Positions 1 through 10,477 of a stretch of 20,000 nt of DNA are shown here, in pieces (within the stretch, counting starts at the first letter, position 1; every line of letters begins with the position of its first letter). Source of the stretch: Chiloscyllium plagiosum (taxonomy: Eukaryota); NCBI RefSeq assembly GCF_004010195.1, contig NC_057720.1:3205766-3225765 (forward strand), in the 5' to 3' direction. A program made the translations under genes and the position numbers. Under the pieces are notes generated by a model, which saw nothing but the letters and a program-made list of their open reading frames with translations, had not been told where the DNA came from and made no database searches.

Positions 1-105
1 CAGTGTTTTGTTTTTATTTGAATGTTTTCGCCTGTCATTCCTCCACCAGGCATTTTATCGGAATAGCATCTGGAACTCTGGCTGATTAGTCAGCGAGAGC
101 AGCAC

Positions 106-448
106 AGGGGTGTGGCTCAGTGGTTAGCACTGCCGCCTCACAGCACCAGGGGCCCTGGTTTGATTCCAGCCTCAGGTGACCGTCTGTGTGGAGTTTGCAC
201 ACTCTCCCCGTGTCTGTGTAGTTTTCCTCTGGCTGTTCCGGTTTCCTCCCACAGTCCAAGGATGTGCAGCTTAGGGTGGATTGGCCTGTGCTAAATTGCC
301 TATTGATTCCAGAGATGTGTAGGTTAGGTGTATTATCTATAGGAAAACGTAGGGATAGGGCAGGGGTGGTGGCTCTGTGTGGTTTGCTCTCCAGAGGGTT
401 GATATGAGCTTGTTGGGCTGAAGGGTCTATTCCCATGCTGTAGGGATT
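106..448 (+). mobile_element. HE1-type tRNA-derived V-SINE
   Basis: tRNA-like head (tggctcagtggttagcac, box A; ggtttgattcc, box B), V-domain-like tgtgtggagtttgcacactctccccgtgtctg, and a CR1-like tail gggctgaagggtctattcccatgctgt. Similar to the copies at 7121 and 17097. Confidence 0.88.
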
Positions 449-683
449 CGATAAAAATTATTGATGTTTTTTTCTGGGAATGATTAGAGCTGTGAATTAT
501 TTTGGTGAAATGTAATGGTGGTGAATAATGGGAGGATGTAATGTAATTGGTGAGGTAAAAATTTAAGTAAAAGCACAACTGGAAAGCTGAATAATCTTGA
601 CATTGGAGGCATATTATTTGGAATTATCAACGTCTTAAATATGGAAGTCACTTCAATATTGAGTTCAACAGTTTGAGACAATC

Positions 684-1315
684 AATGCTTCTGGATGTAT
701 GTTTGCTCACTGAGCTGGAAGGTTTGGTTTCAGGGAGACATCTCATCATCATACTAGGTAATATCATCAGTGAGCCTCCAGTGAAGCACTGGTGGTATGG
801 CCTGCTTTTCATTTATGTGTTTAGGTTTCCTTGGGTTGGTGACATCATTTTCTGTGGTGACATCATTTCCTATGATGATGTCATACCCTGTTCTTTCTCT
901 CAGGGGGCCGTAAATGGGATCCAAGTCAATGTATTTGTTGATAGAGTTCCGGTTGGAATGCCTTGCTTCTAGGAATTCTCGTGCACATCTTTGTTTGGCT
1001 TGCCCTAGGATCGATGCATTGTCCCCAGTTGAAGTGCTGTCCTTCCTCATCTATATGTAAGGATACTAGTGAGAGAGGTTTCATGTCTTTTTGATGTTCA
1101 CGTATCCTGCTGGTTGGTCCTCTGACTTGTTGTCTATATAGGACCTTTCAAGTTCATTAGCTGCTGTTTTAGTGTGTTGTTGGGTTTGTGGGCTACCATC
1201 ATGCCAAGGGGTCTGAGTAGTCTGGCAGTCATTTCCAAGATGTCTTTGATGTAGGGGGGAGTGGCTACGGTTTCTGGACGTGCTTTGTCTGCTTGTTTGG
1301 GGTTGTTGCTCAGAA
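684..1315 (-). mobile_element. Penelope-like element, 3' part: decayed endonuclease region plus pseudo-LTR
   Basis: The minus strand reads approximately ..FLSNNPKQADKARPETVAT.PYIKDILEMTARLLRPLGMMVAHKP..RIREHQ.., then ORF 754-1050 (..ILGQAKQRCAREFLEARHSNRNSINKYIDLDP). It ends in a hammerhead-like pLTR and joins in frame to 2229-3560. Confidence 0.85.
734..775 (-). ncRNA. Degenerate minimal hammerhead ribozyme in the PLE pseudo-LTR
   Basis: Minus strand: GCTCA CTGATGA T ATTACC tagtat GATGAT GAGA TGTC. This is the CUGANGA / stem II / GAAA / CGUC layout with substitutions, including GAAA>GAGA, so it is probably inactive. Confidence 0.65.
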
Positions 1316-1938
1316 GGATTCTAGGTAATCCAAGATGGAGGATGGGAAAAATTTCTGGCTGTATCGGCTGCTCCTTTTTTGAGGTATTTTAGGTGTTGGA
1401 GGTGATTTCCTCGAATTCCAGGAGCAGCAATTACTGTTTTATATGCTGTTGCATTGTTTTGGAACTTTGGGAAAAAAAAGTCAAAACGACAGCAGTTTTA
1501 AAAGGGAGAAGAGCAGACAAAGGAAGCACGTGGTGAGGACAGTGCAGGAGAGAGAGAGACAGAGAGAGAGAGAACCTGCACAGTTACTGCCTTTGCTTTT
1601 TTGAATTCATGTATCGCTGGACATCGGAGTGCATCTGGGAAAATTAACAAACAGTGAATTTCACAACTAATCTTGGAGGAACCTGTTTGGGCGAAGTTAA
1701 TCGTTGTTTTAAGTGTGTCCAATAGAAAGGCTGTAGTAGTGAGTAGAGTGGGTTCTTTCTTGATTATATGTTTTTGGAGATATATCTCTTGATTAAACTT
1801 AAAATATATGGAATGAGCTGCCAGAAGAAGTGGTGGAGGCTGGTACAGTTGCAACATTTAAGAGGCATTTGGATGGGATAGGAAGGGATATGGGCCGGGT
1901 GCTGGCAGGTGGGAGTAGATTGGGTTGGGATTCTGGTC

Positions 1939-2148
1939 TGACAAATGTGTTGCTGGAAAAGCGCAGCAGGTCAGGCAGCATCCAAGAAGCAGGAGAACGA
2001 CATTTCGGGCATAAGCCCTTCTTCAGGAATCATGCTTATGGCTGAAACGTCGATTCTCCTGCTCCTTGGATGCTGCCTGACCTTCTGCGCTTTCCAGCAA
2101 CACATTTTTCAGCTCTGATCTCCAGCATCTGCAGTCCTCACTTTCTCC
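1939..2148. mobile_element. Short PLE-type insert with inverted pLTR arms, a hammerhead motif and a 14-bp TSD
   Basis: TSD ttgggattctggtc at 1925-1938 and 2149-2162. Inverted arms ~1943-2016 and ~2034-2107. Confidence 0.85.
1995..2030 (-). ncRNA. Minimal (type I, helix-III-less) hammerhead ribozyme motif
   Basis: Minus strand: ATTC CTGAAGA A GGGC ttat GCCC GAAA TGTC GTTC. The CUGANGA core, 4-bp stem II, GAAA and GUC cleavage triplet are all intact. Confidence 0.75.
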
Positions 2149-2228
2149 TTGGGATTCTGGTCAGCATGGATGGGTTGGACCGAAGGGTCTGTTTCCATGC
2201 TGTACAGCTCTATAACTCTATGACTCTA

Positions 2229-3560
2229 AATCGGCAGACTATGTTCATTGGGGACCCGTTCTTTTTGAATACACTGTATAGGTGATATTCCTTTGCTCAG
2301 CGTAGTTCCTCTGTGCTGCAGTGTGTGGTGGCTCGTTAAAATAATGTTCTAATGCAGCTTCATTTGTGGGTGTTGGGATGATTGTTTTTGTAGTTCAGCA
2401 TTTCGTCCGTATGTGTTGTTTTCCTGTAGACGCTGGTTTGAAGTTCCACATTGGCTGGTCACTCTACAGTGACATCTAGGAATGGCAGTTTGTTGTTGTT
2501 TTCCTCCTCTTTAGTGAATTTTATGCCAGTAAGGGTATTATTGATGGTGTTGAAGGCTTCCTCTAATTTGATTCATTTGGTGATGACAAAGGTGTCATCC
2601 ACGTAGTGGACCCAGAGTTTGGGTTGGATGGTTGGTAGAGCTGTTTGTTTGAGTCTCTGCATTACTGCCTCTGCTAAGGACCCTGATATCGGAGATCCCG
2701 TGGGTGTTCTGTTGGTTTGTCTGTAGGTTTTGTTGTTGAAGGTGAAGTGTGTGATAAGGCATAGGTCCACTAGCTTGATGATAATGTCCTTGCTGATGAA
2801 GTTAGTGGTGTTTGGTATATGTGTCTTTGGGTCTTCTAATAGTGTAGTCAGTGTTTCCTTGGCCAGGTTAATGTTGATTGATGTAAACAGGGCTGTTACA
2901 TCAAAGGAGACCATTATTTCATCCTCTTCTATCTTGATGTCTTTGATGGTCTTCAGGAATTCTTGGGTGGTGTGGATGGAGTGGGGTGAGTCTTCTATTA
3001 AGTGTTTTAGTCTTTGGCCAGTCTATAAGTTGGTATTCCAGACAGTGAGACTATGGGTCTGAGGGGGGGCTCCTGGTTTGTGAATTTTGGGTAATCCATA
3101 CAAGCGTGGTGTGTTGGATCGATCTGGTTTCATTTTTTGGAAGTCAGTCTTATTTATTTCTCCAAATTTCTAAAGTGTTTTTGAGTCGGGCTGTGATTCG
3201 GTTTTCTTGTTGTGGGGTCGGGTCTATCGCCATCTGTTGGTAAGTGTTGGTATCTGCAACACTTTCACGTTCGCTTTCTCAATGTAGTCTCTTTGACTTA
3301 GAATGACTGTCAAGCGTCCTTTGTCTGCAGGAAGCATAGCGACATTTTTATTTTTTAAAAATCCTTTTCTTTCTTGTGTATTGAGTGTGTTTCCTTCCTT
3401 TTTTCTGCTGAATGTTGGTGCGACTGTCTGTCTGATAGTCTGTCTGTGAGTTGGTTGTCTTTCAATGTTGTTTGTACTGCTGCTAAGAAATCTTTCTTGT
3501 CCGCATCCTGGAGGTTATAATTTAATCCTCTTACTAAGAAGGCTTTTTCACTCTCTGTTT
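2229..3560 (-). mobile_element. Penelope-like element, reverse transcriptase region (decayed)
   Basis: ORF 2573-2914 MVSFDVTALFTSIN..FTFNNKTYRQ..GSPISG.LAEAVMQ..WVHYVDDTFVI, flanked by ..LPADKGR.TVI.., PRLYGLPKIHKPGAP and ..LPFLDV..VYRKTTHTD.., all typical of PLE RT. Contains frameshifts and stops. Confidence 0.92.
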
Positions 3561-3639
3561 AGGGTGAATGCTGGCCACTTAGTGGTTTAAATCTTGTCTC
3601 CATGTTTTATTCTCAGACACAGTTGTTCATTGTTCTGTC

Positions 3640-3960
3640 TTTAACACACACAATAGATCAACACTTTGTTCCTTTCCTAAAGCTGCCACTGCTTCCTTTG
3701 CCTTTTGTTCTGTGACATCTTTAATGTAATGTAGCCTCTCTGCCCTCATTGCTATCTGAATCCACCCCTCTTTTTCCCAGGCCATCCTTTTGATCAGCTA
3801 CATCCATTGTATTTCTACCTCCCTTTGGTTATCAAGGAGAGGCACAGGACTCAAAATATTAAACCTGTTTCTCTCTCCACAGATCCCACCATGCCGATCC
3901 ATCAGGCTTTTCCAGCATTTTCTGTTTTTATTTCAAATCTGCAGTATTTTGGTTTTATAT
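3640..3960 (+). mobile_element. Old, degenerate PLE-type terminal fragment
   Basis: 3845-3960 (caaaatattaaacctgtttctctctccacagat..tttccagcattttctgtttttatttc..tctgcagtatttt) resembles the arms at 7665-7725 and 2045-2148. Confidence 0.5.
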
Positions 3961-4130
3961 TAATGAAATTGCAGGTGTTGGGTTTGGAGGTGTAACTCAA
4001 AATGTGTCTGTTTGTCAATAAAAGCTCCAGGCTGTGTGGAGATCAGTAGTGTGAGACGGCAGTATAGCCATAACAGTGTGATGAAAGGCACAGAAAAATA
4101 TTAGAGAAATAAAGCATAAAAGTGGGTGAG

Positions 4131-4325
4131 TTCTTTTATTCATTCAATAGATGTTGGGCCAGTATTTATCACCCAAACCTAACTACCCTGGACAAGCTGG
4201 TTTAGAGCTGCCAAGTTGTTCAGGTGTTGTAACATTCCCAAAGCTATGAAAGAGGAAGATCAAGGATTTTGACCGAGTGACACTGAAGTTGTACCAGTAT
4301 AGTTCCAAGTCAGGATGGTGATGGA
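4131..4325 (-). mobile_element. Decayed LINE 3' fragment sharing its tail with the second SINE family
   Basis: Begins ttttattcattca..ggccagtatttatcaccca, the reverse complement of the SINE tail seen at 4615-4674, then diverges into a different body. Confidence 0.5.
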
Positions 4326-4332
4326 TAGTCAA

Positions 4333-4674
4333 GGGGAGACAATGTCCTACTGTCACTGGACTGTTAATCCAGAGACCCAGATATAATTCCAGGAAAATCA
4401 AGTTTGACTCATACCATGGCAGATGGTGGGTTTGAATTTAATAAAAATTGGGAATTAAGAGTCTAATGATGACCATGAATTCATTGTCGGTAATCAGGAA
4501 AGTCCCCTCAGGTTCCCTTTAAAGAAGGAAACTGCCATTCTCACCTGCTCTGGCCTACATGTGACTTCAGGTGCACAGCAACGTGGCTCAGTTTATCTGC
4601 CCTCTGGGCACTTAGGATGGGCAATAAATACTGGCCCAGTGATACTCACACCCCCTGTGAATGAATAAAAAAAA
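4333..4674 (+). mobile_element. tRNA-derived SINE, family 2 (probably MetaSINE-type core)
   Basis: Shared core ggaaactgcc..cctgctctggcctacatgtgact(c)cag..cacagcaa and tail gaatgaataaaaaaa. Four copies in the window. Confidence 0.8.
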
Positions 4675-4719
4675 CCTCAAAGTTCATTCTTTCTGGTAGA
4701 GTAATGGCCAGCTATAAGA

Positions 4720-4980
4720 GCCACCAATTAAAACCATAAACTAACTAATAGAGGGGAAAGCTTGTTTAGAGACAGGGGTGAGAATGTGGATCTCACTACT
4801 ACGAGAAAAGCAGAGATGTATTTAAGGGGAAGTCAGATAAATATACAAGTCACAAAGAGCAGAGGGATGTGCTGATAGTGTGATCAAGATGAGGAAGAAG
4901 GAGGTTCACACACAGCAGAGAGACTGGCATCAATCTGTTGGGCCAAATGGCCTGTTTCTACGCTGTGAATTCTTCATAAT
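4720..4980 (+). mobile_element. Old CR1 3' end fragment
   Basis: gtgagaatgtggatctcactac..tttaaggggaagtcagataaata..tgttgggccaaatggcctgtttctacgctgt. Confidence 0.6.
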
Positions 4981-5226
4981 CCATTCAGAATTATTTCAGA
5001 GTGTAATGACAAAAATGAGCACCTCTTTCTCACCTGGTTCTCTGTATGGTGAAAACTAACTGGACATGCCTGTCCCTGGTTGGACCGATGATCAGTTCTT
5101 GAACCGATGGAACAGGCTAGAAAGCCACATCCTGCTCCCATCAGATCAGAAAATAAAGGAAGAGGTTGTCTCTGCTAACTGAGCCAGTTAAGTGTGGCTT
5201 TACTGTGGCTGCTTCACTGAGTTTGA

Positions 5227-5418
<192 letters not shown>

Positions 5419-5488
5419 TGAACTTCTTAAAGAACTTTTGCTCAGAAGAGGAGCTTTTACAGCTAACTTGCTGTTACATAAGAACCTT

Positions 5489-5818
5489 GTGGCATTATCG
5501 CTAGACCGTTAATGCAGAACCTCAGCTTATGTTCTGGGTTCGAATCCCGCCACAGCAGATGGTGGAATTCAAATTGAATAAATAAAAATGTCTGGAATTA
5601 AGAATCTACTGATGACCATAAAACTGCTATTGACTATTATAAAACCCATCTGATTCACTAATGCCCTTTAGTGCCACCCTTACCGGTCTGGCCTCCATGT
5701 GACTCCAGACCCACAGCAATGTGGCTGACACTGAACTGACCCCCCGGACAATAAGTGATGGGAAATAACTGCTTGGCCGAGCCAGCAATGCCCACATGCC
5801 ATGAATGAATAAAAAAAA
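5489..5818 (+). mobile_element. tRNA-derived SINE, family 2
   Basis: Box B gggttcgaatccc, core ccttaccggtctggcctccatgtgactccagacccacagcaatgtgg, tail atgaatgaataaaaaaaa. Confidence 0.85.
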
Positions 5819-5819
5819 G

Positions 5820-6325
5820 CTAGAAACAGCAGTAGGCCATTCAGCCCTTCTATTTAATATGATGGTGGCTGATCTCATCTCAGCTTCAATGCCATTTTAC
5901 TGCCCTTCAACCCATTGCCAGTGAAAAACCTGTCCACCTCCTCTTGCAATTTTACTTCAGGGTCCCAGCATCCATCACATTCTGGGCATTGAGCTCCACA
6001 GATTCATGATACTTGACAAGAAATAATTTCTCCCCATCTCTGTTTTAAATCTACTACCCCTTGTCCTAAAACAATGACTTCACATTCTAGATCACCCGAC
6101 ATGAGGAAACCTCACCTCCACGTTGACTGTGTCAATCCCCTTTAGCATCTGACAGACTTCAACTCAACCTCCTGTCATTCTGTGAAACTTCACCGTGTGT
6201 CAGCCTAACCTGCTCAATCTCTCTTCTTCAGACAAACCTCCCATCTCTGGAAGCAATCTAGTGAACCTCCTCTGAACTGCCTCCAATATAGCTATATCCT
6301 TCCCCAAGCAAGGGGGAACAAAATT
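5820..6325 (-). mobile_element. Decayed CR1 3' fragment
   Basis: agcagtaggccattcagccc..gatggtggctgatct..cagattc..aagaaataatttctcc..ctagtgaacctcctctgaactgcctcca, collinear with CR1 7735-8260. Confidence 0.75.
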
Positions 6326-7120
6326 GTTGTTACGTTTCCTTGTTATTATTAAGAAGCTGCAATCTGGAACAAGTCCATGCTACCCATATTAAAATCATCA
6401 AATCCCCAGCACTGCAAGATGCCTATGATGGCTCATTGCTTGCAATGTTCTCAGCCCCCTGTACAGTGCTCCTGTACAGTGTTCAATGCTGAGGGTTAAA
6501 TGCAATCTCTTTGAAAAGTTATTATTGACCGTGTTTCCACTGAATAAAAATGAAGGTGAGTTAAGTTACGCAGCAGTCATGACATTTTCCCAATGGAATC
6601 ATAGTATCTCAGCATGTGGCAAGTGGCCATTCAGCCCATCATATGTCTACCAGTTCTTTGAAAGATCCTCCAATTTATACCCACAGCCCAGCCCTGGAAG
6701 ACAAGTTATGGCCCTACTTTTGGTAATAAGAAGATAGACTTGCAAATGATTGAAGTAAATGAGACAAAACACAGTACAGAGATGAATCACTCATAAAGGT
6801 TTTCAGATACCACCCCTTGGAATCTGGGAATTTTGTAAGAAGAAAACTACTTTTGTCTTGCTTGGCATTTTTTAAAACATTGTCAAACATGTCATTTAGT
6901 TTTATGTTTTGCATTTCAGTTCAATGACAGTTTTGAGTAACTTTAAAAACTTTCCTTTTGTAAATGCAAGGATTGTGAGAATTGGCTGAATTTCTCTTTG
7001 TGAACACAACAACATAAACCAGACCAAGGAACATCAAGTGACAGGGATCATATTGAGATATTGCAGTGACCGGAATTAAATTGATGTTATTGCTATCTTT
7101 GTTTTAGATAGCCTTGTTCT

Positions 7121-7438
7121 GGGCGGCACGGTGGCACAGTGGTTAGCACTGCTGCCTCACAGCGCCAGAGACCTGGGTTCAATTCCCGCCTCAGGTAACT
7201 CTCTGTGTGGAGTTTGCACATTCTCCCCGTGTCTGCGTGGGTTTCCTCTGGGTGCTCTGGTTTCCTCCCACAATCCAAAAATGTGCAGGTTAGGTGAATT
7301 TGCCATGCTAAATTGCCTGTAATGTTAGGTGAAGGGGTAAATGTAGGGGAATGGGTCTGGGTGGGTTACGCCTCGGCGGGTCATTGTGGACTTGTTGGGC
7401 CGAAGGGCCTGTTTCCACGGTGTAAGTAATCTAATCTA
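7121..7438 (+). mobile_element. HE1-type V-SINE, full length
   Basis: gggcggcacggtggcacagtggttagcac (box A), gggttcaattccc (box B), V-domain, CR1-like tail gggccgaagggcctgtttcc, terminal (aatct)n. Imperfect flanking repeat tagcct(t)gt. Confidence 0.92.
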
Positions 7439-7554
7439 GCCTGTGGCTTGCAAATATACATGAAATTAGAATTTGTCTGAAGCCCTAGAGCTGACTCTTG
7501 CAAACATGAACAAAATTCAGAGATGGCGAGCTTTCTGGGATATTAACTCTTCTC

Positions 7555-7728
7555 CAAAACCAAAAAAAAAAACTGCGGATGATGTAAATCAAGAACAAAA
7601 ACAGAAACTGTTGGAAAAGCTCAGGCAGCATCTGTGGAGAGAAATCAGAGTTAACATTTCGGGTCTCTCTTCACAGATGCTGCCAGATCTGCTGAGCTTC
7701 ACCAGCAATTTCTGTTTGTGTTTTCACA
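7555..7728. mobile_element. Short PLE-type insert with inverted arms; hammerhead core deleted
   Basis: acagaaactgttggaaaagctcaggcagcatctgtggagaga is inverted against tctcttcacagatgctgccagatctgctgagcttcaccagcaatttctgt. Only gacccGAAAtgtt remains of the ribozyme motif (minus strand, 7653-7665). Confidence 0.65.
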
Positions 7729-7734
7729 TTGACG

Positions 7735-8763
7735 TAAGAACATACAATCAGGAGGCCGTCCAGCTCATCGAGCCTGCTCCCCTATTTAATAAAATCATGG
7801 CTGATCTTTTCGTGGACTCAGCTCCACTTACCATATCCCTTAATTCCATTATTTTTCAAAGAAGTATCTACCTTAGCATTAAAGGTGATTACTGAAGTAG
7901 CATCAACTACTTCCCTGGCCAAGGAATTCCATAGATTCACAACCCTCTGGGTGAAGAAATTCCTTCTCAGTTCAGTTCTAAACCTGTTCCCTCTAATCTT
8001 CAGGCCATGTGCACTTGTCCTAGTCTCACCTACCAACGGAAACATCCTCTTTATTTCTATTTTATCGATTCCCTTCATAATTTTATATGTTTCTATAAAA
8101 TGTCCCTCATTCTTCTAAATTCCAGTGAATATAATCCTAATCTACTCAGTCTCTCCTCATAAGCCAACTCCTCAACTCCGGGATCAACCCAGTGACCCTC
8201 CTCTGTAAACCCTCCAGTGCCAGTCCATCCATTCTCAAGGAAGGAGACCAAATCTGCACACAGTACTCCAGGTATGGCCTCACCAGCACCTTGTGCAGCT
8301 GCAACATAACCTCCCTGCTTTTAAACTCAATCCCTTTAGCAATGAAGGACAAAGTTCCATTTGCCTTCCTAATGACCTGTTGTACCTGTAGACCAACCTT
8401 CTGTGATTCATGCACAAGGACACCCAGGTCCCTCTGCATAGTAGCATGCTGCAACTTTTTACCGTTCAAATAATAATCCTTTTTACCGTTACTCCGACCA
8501 AAATGGATGACTTCACATTTACTAACGTTGTAGTCCATCTGCTAGACCTTTGCCCACTCACTCAATGTATCTATGTTCCTCTGCAAAGTTCCACAATCCT
8601 CTGCACACTTTGCTCTACCACTCATCTTAGTGTCATTGGCAAACTTTGACACACTACACGTGGCCCCCAACTCCAGATCATCGATATAAATTATAAATAA
8701 TTTGTGGTTCCCAACACGGATCCCTGAGGCACACCATTAGTCACTGACTGCCAGCCAGAATAG
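7735..8763 (-). mobile_element. CR1 LINE, RT C-terminus and 3' end (outer element of the nest)
   Basis: ORFs 8691-8882 (YSGWQSVTNGVPQGSVLG), 8146-8538 (KCEVIHFG..RDLGVLV..LVRPYLEYCVQIWSP) and 7818-8078 (RRNFFTQRVVNLWNSL). Confidence 0.93.
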
Positions 8764-10477
8764 TGTACATACCACCACAAGCAAAGGTTGAGGAAGTTCT
8801 GGATGTGCTGTACTCCACCACTAACACCCTGGAGACAGAACACCCTGAGGCCCTGTTTATTGTGACTGGCGACTTCAATCAAGCCAATCTAAGGAAAATG
8901 TTGCCCAATTACCACCAGAACATTACCTGGCTCACCAGGGGCCCAAACATGTTAGACCACTGCTACACCACTGTGAAAGATGCCCACCACTCCATCCCCC
9001 GCCCTCATTTCGGGAACCCCGACCACAATGCCGTGCTTCTTCTCCCGGCTTACAGGCAAAAGCTCAACTAGGAGACCCCCTCGCGGATACAGGTCCAGTG
9101 CTGGTCGGAGGAGGCAGAGAATCAACTCCGGTGCTGTCTGGAATCGGCTGATTGGGCTGTGTTCAAACAGGCCGCAGGTACTTTGGACGAGTACGCCACC
9201 ACTGTCACAGACTCTATCAGCAAGTGTGTGGAGGAGACACCCGGCAACTATGGCAAGGACTGAATGACCTCACAGGTTCTAAAAAGAGACAGTGCAAGAT
9301 AGCAGACAATGACACATCCCTCCCAGATCATCTCAACGCCTTCTATGCTCGCTTTGAGCAGAATCTTGACGGAGAGGTAACACCTGTTCCGACAAGTCCT
9401 GACGAACCTATCCCAACAGTCACTGCATCAGAGGGCAGATCACTTTTCCTTCAAGTGAATCCAACGAAAGCGATGGGACGAGACACAGTGCCAGGCCGTG
9501 CACTCAGAGCATGTGCAGATCAACTGGCAGAGGTCTTCTCCAACATCTCCAACCTCTCCCTGCAGCAGCCACTGTCCCGGCCTGTTTCAAGAGGTCAACA
9601 TCATCCCTGTGCCTAAGAAGGCTCATGCAGCATGTCTCAATGACTACCGCCCAGTGGCCCTAACTTCGGTGGTCATGAAGTGCTTTGAAAGGCTGGTCAT
9701 GACATTAATCAACTCCAGCTTCCCCTCTACTCTTGACCCACTCCAATTTGCCTATCGGACCAATAGATCCACGTCCTTCACTCCTCCCTAAAACATCTTG
9801 ACACCATGAACAGCAACGTAAGAATCCTACTCATTGACTACAGTTCAGCCTTCAACACTATTATTCGCTTGAGACTGATTACTACACATAGTGATCTCGG
9901 ACTAAGCCCCTCTCTCTGCAACTGGATCCTCAGTTTCCTGACCCACAGGCCACAATCAGTGAAGATTGGGGACAATATTTCACTAACACTCAACACTGGA
10001 GCCCCCCAGGGGTGAGTACTCAGCCCCCTACTGTACTCACTGTATACCCATGACTGCGTTGCCAAATACCAGACTAATGCCATTTACAAGTTCGCTGATG
10101 ACACCACCATAGTCGGCCGAATCTCAGATGGCGATGAAACAGACTACAGATGGGAGATGGAAGACCTGGATAAATGGTGCACTGAGAACAACCGAGCTCT
10201 CAATGCCGGCAAAACCAAGGAACTCATTATTGACTTTCGGCGGGATGTTACTCATGCCACCCTACACATTAACAGCACAGAGGTGGAACGAGTGGAGAGT
10301 GTCAAGCCCCTGGGAGTGGTCAACCACAACAAGCTTTCTTGGTCACTTCATGTGGACGCACTGGTTACAAAGGCCCAACAACATCGCTTCTTCCTCAGGC
10401 AGCTGAGAAAATTTGGCATGACGGTGAATACCCTTGCCAACATTTATAGGTGCACCATCGAGAGCATTCTGTCTGGA
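8764..10477 (+). mobile_element. Rex1/Babar-type LINE, 5'-truncated, APE plus RT (part 1)
   Basis: YIPPQA..HPEALFIVTGDFNQANL..TRGPNMLDHCY..DH (APE); [69 protein letters not shown]. Frameshifts and internal deletions are present. Confidence 0.9.

Larger units (their letters stand above)
1316..2228 (+). mobile_element. Composite insertion into the PLE: ~490-nt noncoding leader (possible LINE 5' UTR) fused to a CR1 3' end
   Basis: It interrupts the PLE at C-R-F|L-S. 1808-2228 matches the CR1 end at 18845-19050 (WNELPEEVVEAGTVATFKRHLDG; tail ctctataactctatgactcta). 1316-1807 has no ORF and contains a GA microsatellite. Confidence 0.7.

Noticed and set aside
50..88. Acceptor-like cctccaccag|G followed by HFIGIASGTLAD, considered as the upstream DDAH exon
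   Set aside because: It stops at TAG and does not match the expected DYAVSTVPV..HLKSFCSM..ALK exon. Earlier exons probably lie upstream of the window.
86..436. ORFs with recurring peptides such as MAQWLALLPHS.. and CGRKPEHPEETHADTGR..
   Set aside because: These are incidental translations of HE1 SINE copies on both strands.
7121..7195. tRNA-like sequences with A and B boxes (also at 106, 5489, 15953, 17340)
   Set aside because: They are SINE heads continuing into SINE bodies and tails, not tRNA genes.
7473..7895. 140-aa ORF in the intron
   Set aside because: It runs across unique DNA, a PLE remnant and antisense CR1, has a non-ATG start, and shows no recognisable domain.
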